Position numbers and translations under genes: made by a program. Below are positions 1 to 11,640 of a stretch of 64,000 nt of DNA, piece after piece. Source of the stretch: Malacoraja senta (Eukaryota). Position 1 is the first letter of the stretch. Every line of letters begins with the position of its first letter. The DNA lies in contig CM075994.1 in assembly GCA_038087875.1 (NCBI GenBank), forward strand, positions 11,286,001 to 11,350,000, given 5' to 3'. The notes under the pieces are model-generated. The model was given only the letters and a program-made list of their open reading frames with translations, was not told where the DNA came from and did not search any database.

Positions 1-445
1 CCCTCCACAGTCGCCGCTGCGGGCGTCCATATGTGTAGACAATGTAATGTTCAGGTAAGTCCTAAATCGGTGCTTCGCTAACGGAGACCGCGGCCTCAGG
101 TTGGTGTAGGCCGCAGGCCGGCGGTCGAAGATCAAAAGTCCACGCCGCACCGCATGAGGAAGCACCGCAGACCGCATGGCCCGCGGTCGGAGCTCCGCTC
201 CAGGGGTCCCCGGCGAGGGACCCCGCTCCTGATGGTAAGTCCACGCCGCGCCCGCGGTAGAAGTTGGCCGCGGGCCGGCGGTCGGAGCTCCTCTCCTCCC
301 GGGTCCCCAACAAGGGATCCCAGGCCCAGGACGCCGCGCCGGCTGGAGCTCTGCAAACCGCGGCTTCAGGCTGCCGCGGGCCAGCGATCGGAGCGCTTCT
401 CTCCTGCGACCCCCGGCGAGAGCTCGCAGCTCCGCGACGAATTAT
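1..445. repeat. CpG/GC-rich segment, probably part of an interspersed repeat running off the window start
   Basis: Abrupt GC/CpG-rich block against AT-rich flank; composition resembles the inserted element at 21938-22795; ORFs over it are unrecognisable. Confidence 0.35.
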
Positions 446-2269
446 CAATCTGGCTGACCGAATTCGTCAAGAGGCAGCCAAGATGCATGAAACAAGATGA
501 TAATAGGAGGAGTACGTTGTCTCTGCGGGGATGTCGAAAGGGATGGTTGGGATTGATAGGGATCTGTTTGATGCAAGGTTTAATTTTTCTCGTTACCATC
601 AGCCGAGTGTTGTTTGTTTATTATGCGCTTCTGAAATGTCGCTGTGTGAGGAAGATGGAGCGAAGTAACCCTTTTTTTTCTAAGTCACGTTCCCTGAACA
701 TCAAGATGGTTTCGGGACATGTATATTTAGAGGTTTTTCTATTTTCTTGACTTCAAAAGATACTGGCAGTGGAAGATCGTTGAATTTTAACTGTGTTCGG
801 GAGGCAATTGATGTCGGGAACAGGATTTCCCGTAAAGGTAATTGAGAGATTGGAATTATTATGTGTCATGGGGCCATGGGCACATACAACACAGAAGCAC
901 GTCAGTCGACCCATCCTGAGCGCACCGACCATCGGTGATGGCAACACTGCGAAGAACGCGATGCCCAGATGCTTCTCATCATAGACAGAGTTCCAAGTTA
1001 TTTCGGTAAAATTAGCAGATTATGCGTAAAGGTAACGCACAATTGTTGCTTCTGTGAAGGACCAGGTACTTGTACTTGTTCACTTAATCCAGTTTGATCT
1101 CTGCCATAACTGATCCTGATGGTTGCATTAATTCACATTAACAGATAAGGCTATTTTATTACACTCATTGCCATCACGTTTCAACTCTACTACAGAGACA
1201 AATATCCCTTCTTTTTTTCCGCAGTTCTGGGGAACTGGGCCAAGGGTATCGGACACGAAATATTAGCTACTTCTATTGCACCATTTTCTGTCACTATTTC
1301 AGATTTCCAATTAACACGTTGTTATTGTTTAGATTGTGTTGCTCTGCATCGGGAGGCGTGTAGGTTTGCCCTGGTCCTAATAGTTTCCTGAGCCGAACTC
1401 ACCATTGTACATCTCAACAGATGCAGAATTTAGGATTTCAATACGAATACATTGCACATATTCACAACTACAATAACACTGGTACAATATTCCAAGCATC
1501 TCAATCAGTCTGTTATTTACCAACATAGCACAGTTTCAACATATCTGAATCATTATAGATTTCAGGTGTATGTTTAAACCTCCGTATCTCAATTAGCAAA
1601 AACGAATGAAGAGCAACAGTTGTTCAACTAAAGAAGTGAATAAGAGTTCACAAGAAATTAGTGAATGTCTTCGCCAAGAATGCTTTGTGGGAAAATAACT
1701 AAAACATAATGTATTGCTTCTCGTTTTAAGTTGATTGCAAAATGTGTTAACGACAGTTATCCATAAGAATAACGACAAAATATTACATTAAAAAGAAACC
1801 ACTCATAATTCCTTTATTTTGCAATGCTCATAGCAGCATTAAGGTTTCCATGAGATATTATTAGACTTCAGTAGGTGACTGGGGTGTTTGCTAAATTTAA
1901 GCAGAAAATAGATTTTGTCCGACTGAAGGATCCGCACAGGATCCCGCTTAAAAAAATATTTGCCGTTCTAGATTCAAATCCTTGACCTTCCTGTTAGCCT
2001 GCCTATTAAAAGACATTATGGATATATTTGGAATTTGGATATAAATGTTTACATCACTCCCGAAATGTGAAGTGCAACGATATTCGCACAGAGTCGGCGA
2101 TCCAATTTGTTTGGTTTATTAAAATACGGATTGTAATTCAGAAAACGCCTCTTACGCGCATAGAACAAGGACGACGGAGATAATCTTCTTAAAAGGTTTT
2201 TTTAAAAGTAAATGTAATTTGACCGGGCAACTAATGGATAATTAGAAAAACGCTAAAGGACGCAGACAT

Positions 2270-2362
2270 ATTGACATTTCGGGTCGGGATCATTCTTCAA
2301 ACTATCTGAAGAAGAGTCTCTACCCGAAACGTCAACTCCATCCCCAGATGCTGGTTGACCCG
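2270..2362. repeat. Short inverted pair of Penelope-type terminal repeat fragments containing a hammerhead-like motif
   Basis: gacatttcgggtcgggatcattcttcaaac followed by ctgaagaagagtctctacccgaaacgtc, an imperfect reverse complement; same family as 16428-16520, 30479-30551 and 36725-36945. Confidence 0.55.
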
Positions 2363-2529
2363 AAATTGGTCGGATATCAGTAATCAGTTAGATATAACAT
2401 TATTATTGCAAAAAGAACAACATTCACTGTAGGAACAACTACATTTTTGAAAATAATTGAATGGTTTTAAGAAATAGATAAATCGGAATTTCGCAATCTC
2501 ATATCCCGTCTCACCATTTAGATATAGCT

Positions 2530-2676
2530 GTTAGGGCTAACTGAATCAAGGGATATGGAGGGGAAAGCAGGAACGGGGTACTGATTCTGGATGATCAGCC
2601 ATATTTGTATTGAATGGCGGTGTTGGCTCAAAGGGCTTAATGGCCTACTCCTGTATATATTGTCTATGTTTCTATG
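2530..2676 (+). mobile_element. CR1 LINE 3' end fragment
   Basis: Matches CR1 3' ends at ~16000-16135 and ~24060-24190 (gatcagccat...gaatggcggtg...ggcctactcctg...tctatgtttctatg tail). Confidence 0.75.
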
Positions 2677-3329
2677 CTTAGACTGATTTCACTTGATCTG
2701 CACTCGTGCAATCTCAGTCCGGATGAAGGATCTCGATCCGTCAATCTCCAAACTCAATCTTAATCTCCGGTGTCTGTGTTTTCTGAAACATTTGTCCTCG
2801 AAACATTGAACACAAAAATAGACAGTACACCATAATCCGCTTACTGCGCTGTTACTTTCGAATTTATCATATTGCGTGCGTGCGGAGTACTATCGGCAAT
2901 GACAATTGTTGCAAGCAAAATAAATAATTAAGATAACGTGAAAATTAAATCTTACTGTGCCGTTGCTGGGAATTGCAGTTAGGCTGCCCTTCAGAAACCA
3001 AAATAATCACGTTCCATATAAAGGTGGAAAGAGAATTCCTGCCAGGATTTTTATTTGAGTATCCTTCACAGTCATCATGGATACGTGATATTGTGTGGCC
3101 ATTTTTTGGCGACAATGCAGGTGATTGTTGTGATACAAATTAATGAATCGACATTAAGGCCATGAATGCCGAGAGATATCATTAGCTGAGGAAGCATGGT
3201 AATCTTATAGATGTTTCTAGGGAAGTGTGTATCACGATATTCCTCATCAGTAATGTCACCCGAAATATAGACGAGAACCTTGACTATTCAATCCCTATAA
3301 GACTGCAGACTGATTAACAGTTTTCTGGT

Positions 3330-3676
3330 TTAAAAGCATTATATATGAATACGCGATGTATAAGAAATAAAGTGGATGAACGAGGCTCAGTTAGAGATTG
3401 GTATATATGACATTGTGGGGATTACAGATACATGGCTGCAGGAGGACTAGGGTTGTGAACTGAGTATTCAGGGTTATACGTCCTTCAGAAAGGACAGGCG
3501 GGTGGGCAGAGGAGGTGGGGTAGCTCTGTTGGTGAGGGATGAAAAGTAGACCCTTGCGAGGGACGACATAGGGACTGGAAATGAGGAATTGTAAAGGTAA
3601 GAAGACACTAATGGGAGCTATTTACAGGCCCCCACGCAGTAGCCGGGATATAGGGTACAAGTTGCAGCAGGAGTTA
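3330..3676 (+). mobile_element. CR1 LINE (host copy 1), endonuclease part, decayed; first of three segments
   Basis: Decayed APE motifs LYMNTRCIRNKVDE, DIVGITDTWL, RKDR..GRGGGVALLVR, GAIYRPP; homologous to 17560-17760; continues at 9979. Confidence 0.85.
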
Positions 3677-3847
3677 GACTAACAGACGTGCACCCAGCTC
3701 CTCTCCCGAAAAACTTCACGATTTATCGTGTAAAACGGGTCCGAAAATCGGGATTGTTTTTAAAAACCTTACCGGAGCTTCTGGTTACCGCGCTGATGAC
3801 GTCATCGTTAAACGCGATGTTTTAAACGGTGGTTTGAAGCCCTTTGA

Positions 3848-4918
3848 ATGAGTAAATTGACTCCAGCTGTGAGCCCTCAGAGAGCTGTGAATAAACTGTC
3901 GAAACAGTTTGAAACTGAAGTTACCTCTGAAGTCTCTGAAGTGGCTGCAGAAATGGATACAAGATCTAAGAAAGACTTTGATGACTTGAAAAAATCAATG
4001 AAAAATTTGAAAGATGAGATCTCGGATAATAGGGTGGAAGATAAGAAGGAAATGAAGGAAAATTCGGCAAAAATGATGGAAGGAATGCAGAAGATGATGA
4101 AGGATTTAAATGCTGGTAACCAGAAGAATATGACGGATTTACTGGACACTATGAATAAACGAATTGATGAGGTGAAAGATGGACTATCAGAGAAAATGGA
4201 TAAGATGGATGTAATTACTACGGATAAGTTCACGGCTGTACTTGAAACAGTAGCTGCAAGTATGCAGACAATCACGGAATTGGAGAAAAATACGGCACGA
4301 CTTGTTGAAGACATGGCGAAACTGAGGCAAGAACATGAGCAAATGAGGCGAGAAAACGAACAAGCATCACTACAAATGGGGACTCAATTAGAGAAAGTCT
4401 CATTCAAATGCCTGGACCTGGAAGCTCGTTCTAGACGCCAGAATCTGAGGATTCTTGGTGTTTCAGAGGGGGCAGAAGGGGAACAGGTACGTGAATTTGC
4501 CATGGGCTTGTTGAAACAACTGTTGAATCTTCCCAAGGAACCGAAAATCGAAGTGGCTCATCGTGTCCCAAGATTTGGAAAAAGATTTGATGCGGGAAAA
4601 GCTTATCCACGACATATTATAGTGAAATTTCGAGATACTGCAGAACTGGAATATGTTATGACCCATATCAAATATGGTGTACAATTACGGCTGGACAAAG
4701 ACACTATTAAGATATTCAGGGACTACCCACATGAAATTGTGCAAAAAAGAAACAAATTTGATAAGGTTAAAGATCTTTTAAGAGGGAGAGAAGGGGTCAG
4801 ATTCGGGGTTTTTTATCCCGCTAAAATGCGTATTTCTTTTAATGGTCTTGAAAAGTCATTTGTTAAGCCTGAAGACGCTTTCAAATATGCCCAAACGATT
4901 GTTGAAAGACAGAAATAA
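3848..4918 (+). CDS. L1 ORF1 protein (coiled coil + RRM + C-terminal domain), 356 aa
   Basis: Heptad-rich N-terminal half, then DLEARSRRQNLRILGVSEG, IEVAHRV, PRHIIVKF, IFRDY, YPAKMRI motifs typical of L1 ORF1p. Confidence 0.93.
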   Translation: MSKLTPAVSPQRAVNKLSKQFETEVTSEVSEVAAEMDTRSKKDFDDLKKSMKNLKDEISDNRVEDKKEMKENSAKMMEGMQKMMKDLNAGNQKNMTDLLDTMNKRIDEVKDGLSEKMDKMDVITTDKFTAVLETVAASMQTITELEKNTARLVEDMAKLRQEHEQMRRENEQASLQMGTQLEKVSFKCLDLEARSRRQNLRILGVSEGAEGEQVREFAMGLLKQLLNLPKEPKIEVAHRVPRFGKRFDAGKAYPRHIIVKFRDTAELEYVMTHIKYGVQLRLDKDTIKIFRDYPHEIVQKRNKFDKVKDLLRGREGVRFGVFYPAKMRISFNGLEKSFVKPEDAFKYAQTIVERQK

Positions 4919-5723
4919 AAGGGAGCTTTGGCAGATCCGAATAATTCTCAGCTATGTTTTGTCTGGGGATAGTTACACTGTTATCTCCGGAATGTTGAAG
5001 CAAGGACATTTTCTGTTCAAAACGTGTAAACAACTTTATAACGGGATATGAATTAGAAAATAATTGCTTATTGATTAAAATGTTATAACCAATTGTAAGA
5101 ACTTATCCTATTAACAACTTTAAAAGTTATGCAGGTTAGATTAGAATACTAACAAAAAAAACAAAAAAATAATGAACTAACATACTAATATGAATTTTTA
5201 ATAAATTGTAACCTTGTCTATAAGCAGGAGGAGGGGATGAGAAACGAGCTCCTGGCTTATGTCCAGGAGCACGTCTCGTTAACCCCTTCAACCAACAGCT
5301 GATTCTGATTGAAATCAAAAATATTGGTTTAATAATTAAACTCTGATATATATATATGTTATAAGGAAATATCAGGGTAAAATTGTATTATATATATGAA
5401 TGTGAGGCCTCGTTTTAATATTTTAATATGTTATGATTAACTAAGAGAGCGGAGCGAGTTGAGCAACAACGCAATGGAAGTCAAAATAAGGTTTTTTCCC
5501 ACCTACAGGTGGGTCACTTGCTACAGTGCCGACTATAGACACTGTAGCCTCACTCTTTTAGTTTTTTTTTTATTACATAAAATCACTTGTTTGTGTTTTG
5601 TGTTTAGTGATAAGAATAATATGGACATACCAACAAAAGTTAATAATTCAAAAACTCCCCCAATACCTAAAGACCTGGGATATGGACGCACCACAAGATT
5701 CAAAGGTACTATAATTATTCAAA

Positions 5724-8700
5724 ATGCATGACACCACACAAAAGAACCTAGGAGGAGTCTCATTTTGTAGTTGGAATATAAGAGGCATTAATGAACCTAT
5801 CAAAAGGGGTAAGATATTAGCTCAGCTAAAAATGTATAATTCTGACATTACCTTCCTACAAGAAACACACCTAAAACCTCAGGACCAAGTTAGGCTGAGG
5901 GCGAAATGGATAGGTCAAACATACCACTCTTCATTCACTTCAAAATCTAGAGGCACGTCAATTATCATAAGAAAAGGTATACCATTTAAAGCAAAGAATA
6001 TTATAACAGATATAGAAGGGAGATACCTAATAGTTAATGGAGAAATCCATGACACTCCACTTACTTTGGTAAATATATATGCCCCTAACTTTGATAACCC
6101 CCACTTTTTCAATAAAATCTTCAATATAATTGCAGAGTCAAACTATCAAAATGTTATAATAGGCGGAGACTTTAATTGTGTTTTAGACCCGTACTTAGAT
6201 AAATCAAGTCAAAAACAGAGAGGGAATATGAAATCGAAAACTGGGGAACTCCTCAATACCTACATAAACAACACTAATATAGCAGATGTTTGGAGAATTG
6301 TGAACCCAACTGGCAGGGAATATTCGTTTTACTCAATGGTACATAAGACATACTCACGTATAGACTATTTTCTGCTGGATACAAAATTAATCCCCCAAAC
6401 ATCTAATGCAATATATCATACAAATTCAATTTCAGACCATTCTCCACTAACTTTCTTTTTAAAACTGGAAGGATTGTCTAAGAATAATTCATTCTGGAGA
6501 TTTAACTCTCAAATTTTAAAAGATCCACAAGCGAGTATATATTTAAAAGAACAAATGGAGGTCTTTTTTCAAACAAATGATACTTCAGATATATCGCCTA
6601 CTTTACTTTGGGAATCTTTTAAAGCATACATTAGGGGTATTATAATTTCATATCAAGCTTTTCAAAATAAAAAGAATAAGAATGAACAAAGACAGTTAGA
6701 AGAACTTATTAGACAAATGGATATAGATAATGCTAAAGATCCAACAATAGATAAACATAATAAAATAATAATTTTAAAATTTAAATTAAATAAATTATTA
6801 TCTGCCAAACTTATAAGACTTTTTCAAATTACAAAACAAGAGCACTTTGAATTTGGGGATAAACCGCATAAACTTTTGGCTCGCCAGCTAAAAAAACGAG
6901 AAAAGGAACATACTATACCAAAGATCAAATCAGATAAAGGGGAATTATTAACAACACCGAAGGATATTAATAAAAGATTTGCGCAATTTTACGAGAATTT
7001 GTATACATCTAAAACGATAATTGATTCCAATAATATCACAAAGTTCTTGGATACCTGTAATCTTCCAAAGTTAGAGCTGAAGGAACAAGAGGAACTGGGT
7101 GCACAAATCTCAATTAAGGAATTAGAAGATACAATAAACTCACTAAAAAATGGAAAAACACCAGGCCCTGATGGATTTACTAATGAATTTTATAAAAACT
7201 TTTATGAAAAAATAATACCAAGATTACAAAAAATGTACCAATACGCTTTTAAAAAACGAATACTACCTGATACATTAGCGGAATCAACGATTACATTAAT
7301 ACCTAAGAAAAATAAGGATTTAGAAGATCCTGGCTCATATAGAGCTATAGCATTGTTAAACACAGATCAAAAAATATTAGCGAAAACATTAGCCAGAAGA
7401 TTAAGTAAATACATTAGTAAATTAATAAACCCAGATCAGACAGGGTTTATCCCTAAGAGATACTCTTCTAATAATATGAGACGTCTACTCAACATAATGC
7501 ACTCACACAAATCTGAAGATCAAGAATTATCAATTATTTCGCTGGATGCTGAAAAAGCATTTGATCAAGTAGAATGGAATTATATGGATAAAGTATTACA
7601 AAAATTTCAACTGGGAGAGAATTTTATTTTATGGATTAAGTTACTATATAACAAACCTACAGCTAGAATACTTACTAATAACATATTATCCTCGAAATTT
7701 CAACTATCAAGGGGAAATAGACAAGGATGCTCATTATCACCACAGCTGTTTGCTCTCATTATTGAACCGCTAGCAGAAAAAATTAGAATACACCCTGATA
7801 TTCATGGATATAATACTAAAGACTCATATAATAAAATATCTTTATACGCGGATGATATATTATTGTATATTACAAAACCTCAAATCACTATACCAAATAT
7901 ATTAAATTTAATTGAAGACTTCGGATCTTTTTCTGGATATAGAATAAATTGGAATAAAAGTGAAATCATGTCAATAAAACCGAAAGATTCAACACATCTT
8001 TTAAAATTCCCTTTTAAAATAGCTACAGAAAAATTTAAATATTTGGGAATCGAAATTACCAGAGCATATCAAGGTATGCTCAGGGCAAATTTTGACCCCC
8101 TACTTAATAAACTGAATACATTAATTAAATTCTGGAAAACGCTTCCGATGTCTTTAATAGGCCGAATAAACGCAATAAAAATGATCTTTTTACCACAAAT
8201 TTTATACCTATTTCAATCAATTCCTATATACTTACCTAAGAAGTTTTTTAAAAAACTCGACTCAGATATCACTAATTTTATATGGGACTATAAATCACAT
8301 AGAATACAAAAAACCCATCTGAATAAATCTAAAGTATTGGGGGGTCTAGCACTACCCAATTTTATGTATTATTATTGGTCAGTAAATATTAAAAACATGA
8401 TTCAACTGATGGATAACTCCGCCCAGCAAGTAGACTGGATTGTAATGGAGAAAGAGGATTGCTCCTCTAGAAACATTGGAGCGATCCTCCTCTCTCCAAT
8501 GAAATTGAATAACATAAACTATAATAAGAACCCAATTATTCATAGTACAATCCGTATTTGGAAACAAATAAAACAAAATTTAAAATTAAGAAACTTATCA
8601 CTTTTATTACCTATAGTCAATAACCCTTCGTTTAGTCCTTCTATTATAGATAAAGCTTATACACAATGGGATAGACTAGGAATTAAAACGCTTGGTGACT

Positions 8701-9515
8701 TGTATGAAACTGGAAAATTACTTTCATTTCAACAATTACAAATAAAATATAAACTCGGAAATAATCAATATTTTAAATACTTTCAAATATGCGACTATTT
8801 GAAAAAATATATAAAAGATCATCATAATAACCCAGCAGATGTACTGGACGAGGCAATGCAGACAAAAGCGGAATCAGCAAACTTAATATCATATTTGTAC
8901 AATATTATCTTAAATGTACAAATACCATCTACGGAGGGTATCAGAAGAGACTGGGAACAAGAGTTAGCTATTAAAATTTCAAAGGAAAGTTGGAATGAAT
9001 ACTTATTAAAAGTACATAAATGCTCGATTAATGCAAGACACACTTTAATACAATTTAAAATTTTACATAGATTATATTATTCGAAAACTAAAATTCATAA
9101 AATTTTCCCAAACGTATCATCTATTTGTGATAAATGTCAATCCCAAGAAGCAACTATAGCGCACTCATTTGTCTTCTGTACAAAAATTCAAAAATTTTGG
9201 AATGAAATTTTTGAAATTTTTACAAAGTTATTTAAAACAAGACTGATACCCAAAGCAGAATGGATTATCTTCGGAATAACGGAAGATGATCCAGAACTAA
9301 ATGTGTTTCAAAAGAAATTAATGGATTATGGGTTAATAACTGGAAAAAAGCTAATTCTAAAATTTTGGAAGAAGGCTCCAATACCAACTATAAATATGTG
9401 GATTTCAAATATGTTTGAAACACTACACCTTGAAGAGATAAGACTCCTCCTAGCAGGTAAACCAGATCACTTCCACCTGACGTGGTCTGCATTTATAGAA
9501 TTATTACAAACATAG
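5724..9515 (+). CDS. L1 ORF2 protein (APE endonuclease, reverse transcriptase, C-terminal Cys-rich motif), 1263 aa
   Basis: SWNIRG, LQETH, GGDFN, SRIDY, SDHSP (endonuclease); PGPDG, SLDAEKAFD, RQGCSLSP, LYADD, KYLG (RT); CDKC..H..FC; uninterrupted. Confidence 0.96.
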   Translation: MHDTTQKNLGGVSFCSWNIRGINEPIKRGKILAQLKMYNSDITFLQETHLKPQDQVRLRAKWIGQTYHSSFTSKSRGTSIIIRKGIPFKAKNIITDIEGRYLIVNGEIHDTPLTLVNIYAPNFDNPHFFNKIFNIIAESNYQNVIIGGDFNCVLDPYLDKSSQKQRGNMKSKTGELLNTYINNTNIADVWRIVNPTGREYSFYSMVHKTYSRIDYFLLDTKLIPQTSNAIYHTNSISDHSPLTFFLKLEGLSKNNSFWRFNSQILKDPQASIYLKEQMEVFFQTNDTSDISPTLLWESFKAYIRGIIISYQAFQNKKNKNEQRQLEELIRQMDIDNAKDPTIDKHNKIIILKFKLNKLLSAKLIRLFQITKQEHFEFGDKPHKLLARQLKKREKEHTIPKIKSDKGELLTTPKDINKRFAQFYENLYTSKTIIDSNNITKFLDTCNLPKLELKEQEELGAQISIKELEDTINSLKNGKTPGPDGFTNEFYKNFYEKIIPRLQKMYQYAFKKRILPDTLAESTITLIPKKNKDLEDPGSYRAIALLNTDQKILAKTLARRLSKYISKLINPDQTGFIPKRYSSNNMRRLLNIMHSHKSEDQELSIISLDAEKAFDQVEWNYMDKVLQKFQLGENFILWIKLLYNKPTARILTNNILSSKFQLSRGNRQGCSLSPQLFALIIEPLAEKIRIHPDIHGYNTKDSYNKISLYADDILLYITKPQITIPNILNLIEDFGSFSGYRINWNKSEIMSIKPKDSTHLLKFPFKIATEKFKYLGIEITRAYQGMLRANFDPLLNKLNTLIKFWKTLPMSLIGRINAIKMIFLPQILYLFQSIPIYLPKKFFKKLDSDITNFIWDYKSHRIQKTHLNKSKVLGGLALPNFMYYYWSVNIKNMIQLMDNSAQQVDWIVMEKEDCSSRNIGAILLSPMKLNNINYNKNPIIHSTIRIWKQIKQNLKLRNLSLLLPIVNNPSFSPSIIDKAYTQWDRLGIKTLGDLYETGKLLSFQQLQIKYKLGNNQYFKYFQICDYLKKYIKDHHNNPADVLDEAMQTKAESANLISYLYNIILNVQIPSTEGIRRDWEQELAIKISKESWNEYLLKVHKCSINARHTLIQFKILHRLYYSKTKIHKIFPNVSSICDKCQSQEATIAHSFVFCTKIQKFWNEIFEIFTKLFKTRLIPKAEWIIFGITEDDPELNVFQKKLMDYGLITGKKLILKFWKKAPIPTINMWISNMFETLHLEEIRLLLAGKPDHFHLTWSAFIELLQT

Positions 9516-9927
9516 GGTGCAAAAGTACTTTAAAAAAATAAAAAATTGAGGTCGGGTAAGGGGGGATGATAGTTGAAGAGTTGGTATGTCCTATTTACGT
9601 GATGCTCAAAAAAAAAAACATTTGTTTTTCTTTTTTTCTCTCTCTCTTTTCTTTTCTTAGGGCCTATTTCTTAACTCTTTTTTTTTTTGTTTTTAATTTC
9701 GCTTTCATAGGGTCCTCGTCCTTTTTTTTTTTGTTGTTACATTTTCTACACTTTTCTACACTTGCACTTTTTCCTTCACTTTCTTCTCTCTTTCAATCTT
9801 TTCTTTCTTTAGCGTAAAAAAAATAAATAAAGGGAGTACATTAATTGTAAGAAGATATAAATGACGAGTATTAATGTATGTGGCTGTGATGTAATGTACT
9901 TCTAATAAATAAAAATTAATAGATAGA

Positions 9928-9973
<46 letters not shown>

Positions 9974-9978
9974 AGTTA

Positions 9979-11640
9979 AAAATGTCATGTGACAAAGGTA
10001 ATGCCACTTTGGTTATGGGAGATATCAATATGCAGACTGGGAATATCAGGTTGAGTCTGGACCCCAAGAAAGGGAGTTTGTAGAGTGCCTCCGAGATGGG
10101 TTCTTAGAGCAGCTTGTTTTGGAGCCTATCTGAGAGAAGGCAATTCTGGATTTAGTGTTGTCTAATGAGCCAGATTTAATAAGGGAACTCAAGGTAAAGG
10201 AATCGCTCGCGGGTAGTGACCCTAATATGATAAGTTGTATCTGCAATTCGAGAGGGAAAAGGTTAAATCAGAATTGTCAGTGTTGTATTTGAACAAATGG
10301 GACTATGAAGGCATGAGAGAGGAACTGACCAAGGTCGGCTTGAAAAGGATCCTAGCAGGAATGACGATGGAACAGCAATGGCAGGTATTTCTGGGCATAA
10401 TCCAGAAGATGCAGGATCATTTCATTCCAAAGAGGAAGAAAGATTCTAATGGGGAGTAATAGGCAACCGTGGCTGACAAGCGAAGTTAGGGACGGTAGAA
10501 AACTCAAAGAAAAGAAGTATAATATCGCAAAGAGTAGAGGAAAGCCAGAGGATTTGGAAACTTTCAAAGGATATCAGAAGGTAACTAAAAGGGCAATACG
10601 GGGTGAAAAGATGAAGTACGAAGTTAAGTTTGCCAATAATATAAAGAAGGATAGTAAAAAGCGTATTTAGGTGTGTTAAGCGAAAAAGATTAGTACAGAC
10701 AAATGTGGGTCCCTTGAAGACAGAAACAGGTGAAATTATTATGGGGAACAAGGAAATGGCAGAAGAGTTGAACAGGGACTTTGGTTCTGTCTTCAATAAG
10801 GAAGACACCAACAATCTCCCAGATGTACTAGATGACAGAGGATCTAGGAAGACAGAGGAACATAAATAAATGTGCATTAGACGAGAAATAATATTGGGTA
10901 GACTGATGAGACTGAAGGCTGTAAAATGCCCATGACCTGATGGTTTGGGCATCCTAGGGTACTAAAGTAGGTGGCTCCAGAAATCGTTGACGCATTGGTG
11001 ATCATTTCCCCATTTTCTTTTGATTCAGGAACTGTTCCTGTTGATGGAGGGTTGCTAAAATTATCACCATTTTCAAGAAAGGAGCGAGAGAGAAAACGGG
11101 GAATTATAGACCAGTTAGCCTGACATCGGTGGTTGGGGGTGAAGCTGGAGTCAATTATTTAAAAAGTAATAACGGCGCATTAGGATGATAGTAATAGGGT
11201 TGGTCGAAGTCAGCATGGATATATGAAGGGGAAATCCTGCTTGACTAATCTTCCGGAATTTTTTGAAGATGTGACAAGTAAAATGGATGAAGGAGAGCCA
11301 GTGAATGCAGTGTATCTGGACTTTCAAAACGCATTTGATAAGGTCCTACACAGGAGAATAGTGGGCAAAATTGGAGCACTTGGTATTGAGGGTAGGGTAA
11401 GCCATGGATTGAGAATTGGTTGGCAGGCAGGAAACAAAGAGTAGGAATTAACGGGTCCCTGTCAGAATGGCAGACAGTGCGAGAGGAGTGCCGCAAGGCT
11501 CGTTGCTGGGGCCACAGCTATTTACAATGTACATTAATGAATTGGATTATGGAATTAAAAGTAACATCAGCAAATTTGCAGATGACACAAAGCTAGGTGG
11601 CAGTGTGAAATGCGAAGAGGGTGTTAGGAAGTTGCAGGGT
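9979..11640 (+). mobile_element. CR1 LINE (host copy 1), middle segment, decayed ORF2
   Basis: Fragments PWLTSEV, NYRPVSLT, GKSCLTNL..FFE, YLDFQNAFDKV, GVPQGSLLGPQLF, KFADDTKLGG with stops and frameshifts. Confidence 0.9.

Larger units (their letters stand above)
3677..9970 (+). mobile_element. Full-length LINE-1 retrotransposon, ~6.3 kb, both ORFs intact
   Basis: ~170 bp 5' UTR, ORF1, ~805 bp inter-ORF spacer, ORF2, T-rich 3' UTR, AATAAA at 9904, pure poly(A) 9929-9970; target-site duplication AGGAGTTA at 3669-3676 and 9971-9978; host CR1 rejoins across it. Confidence 0.95.

Noticed and set aside
62..984. Overlapping ORFs at the window start
   Set aside because: GC-rich, open on both strands, with no recognisable domain or supported splice structure
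3794..3830. CTGATGA in the L1 5' UTR as a hammerhead core
   Set aside because: No GAAA follows the potential stem
3877..4314. Antisense ORF within L1 ORF1, and similar antisense ORFs over CR1 and DIRS
   Set aside because: Shadow frames of coding sequence
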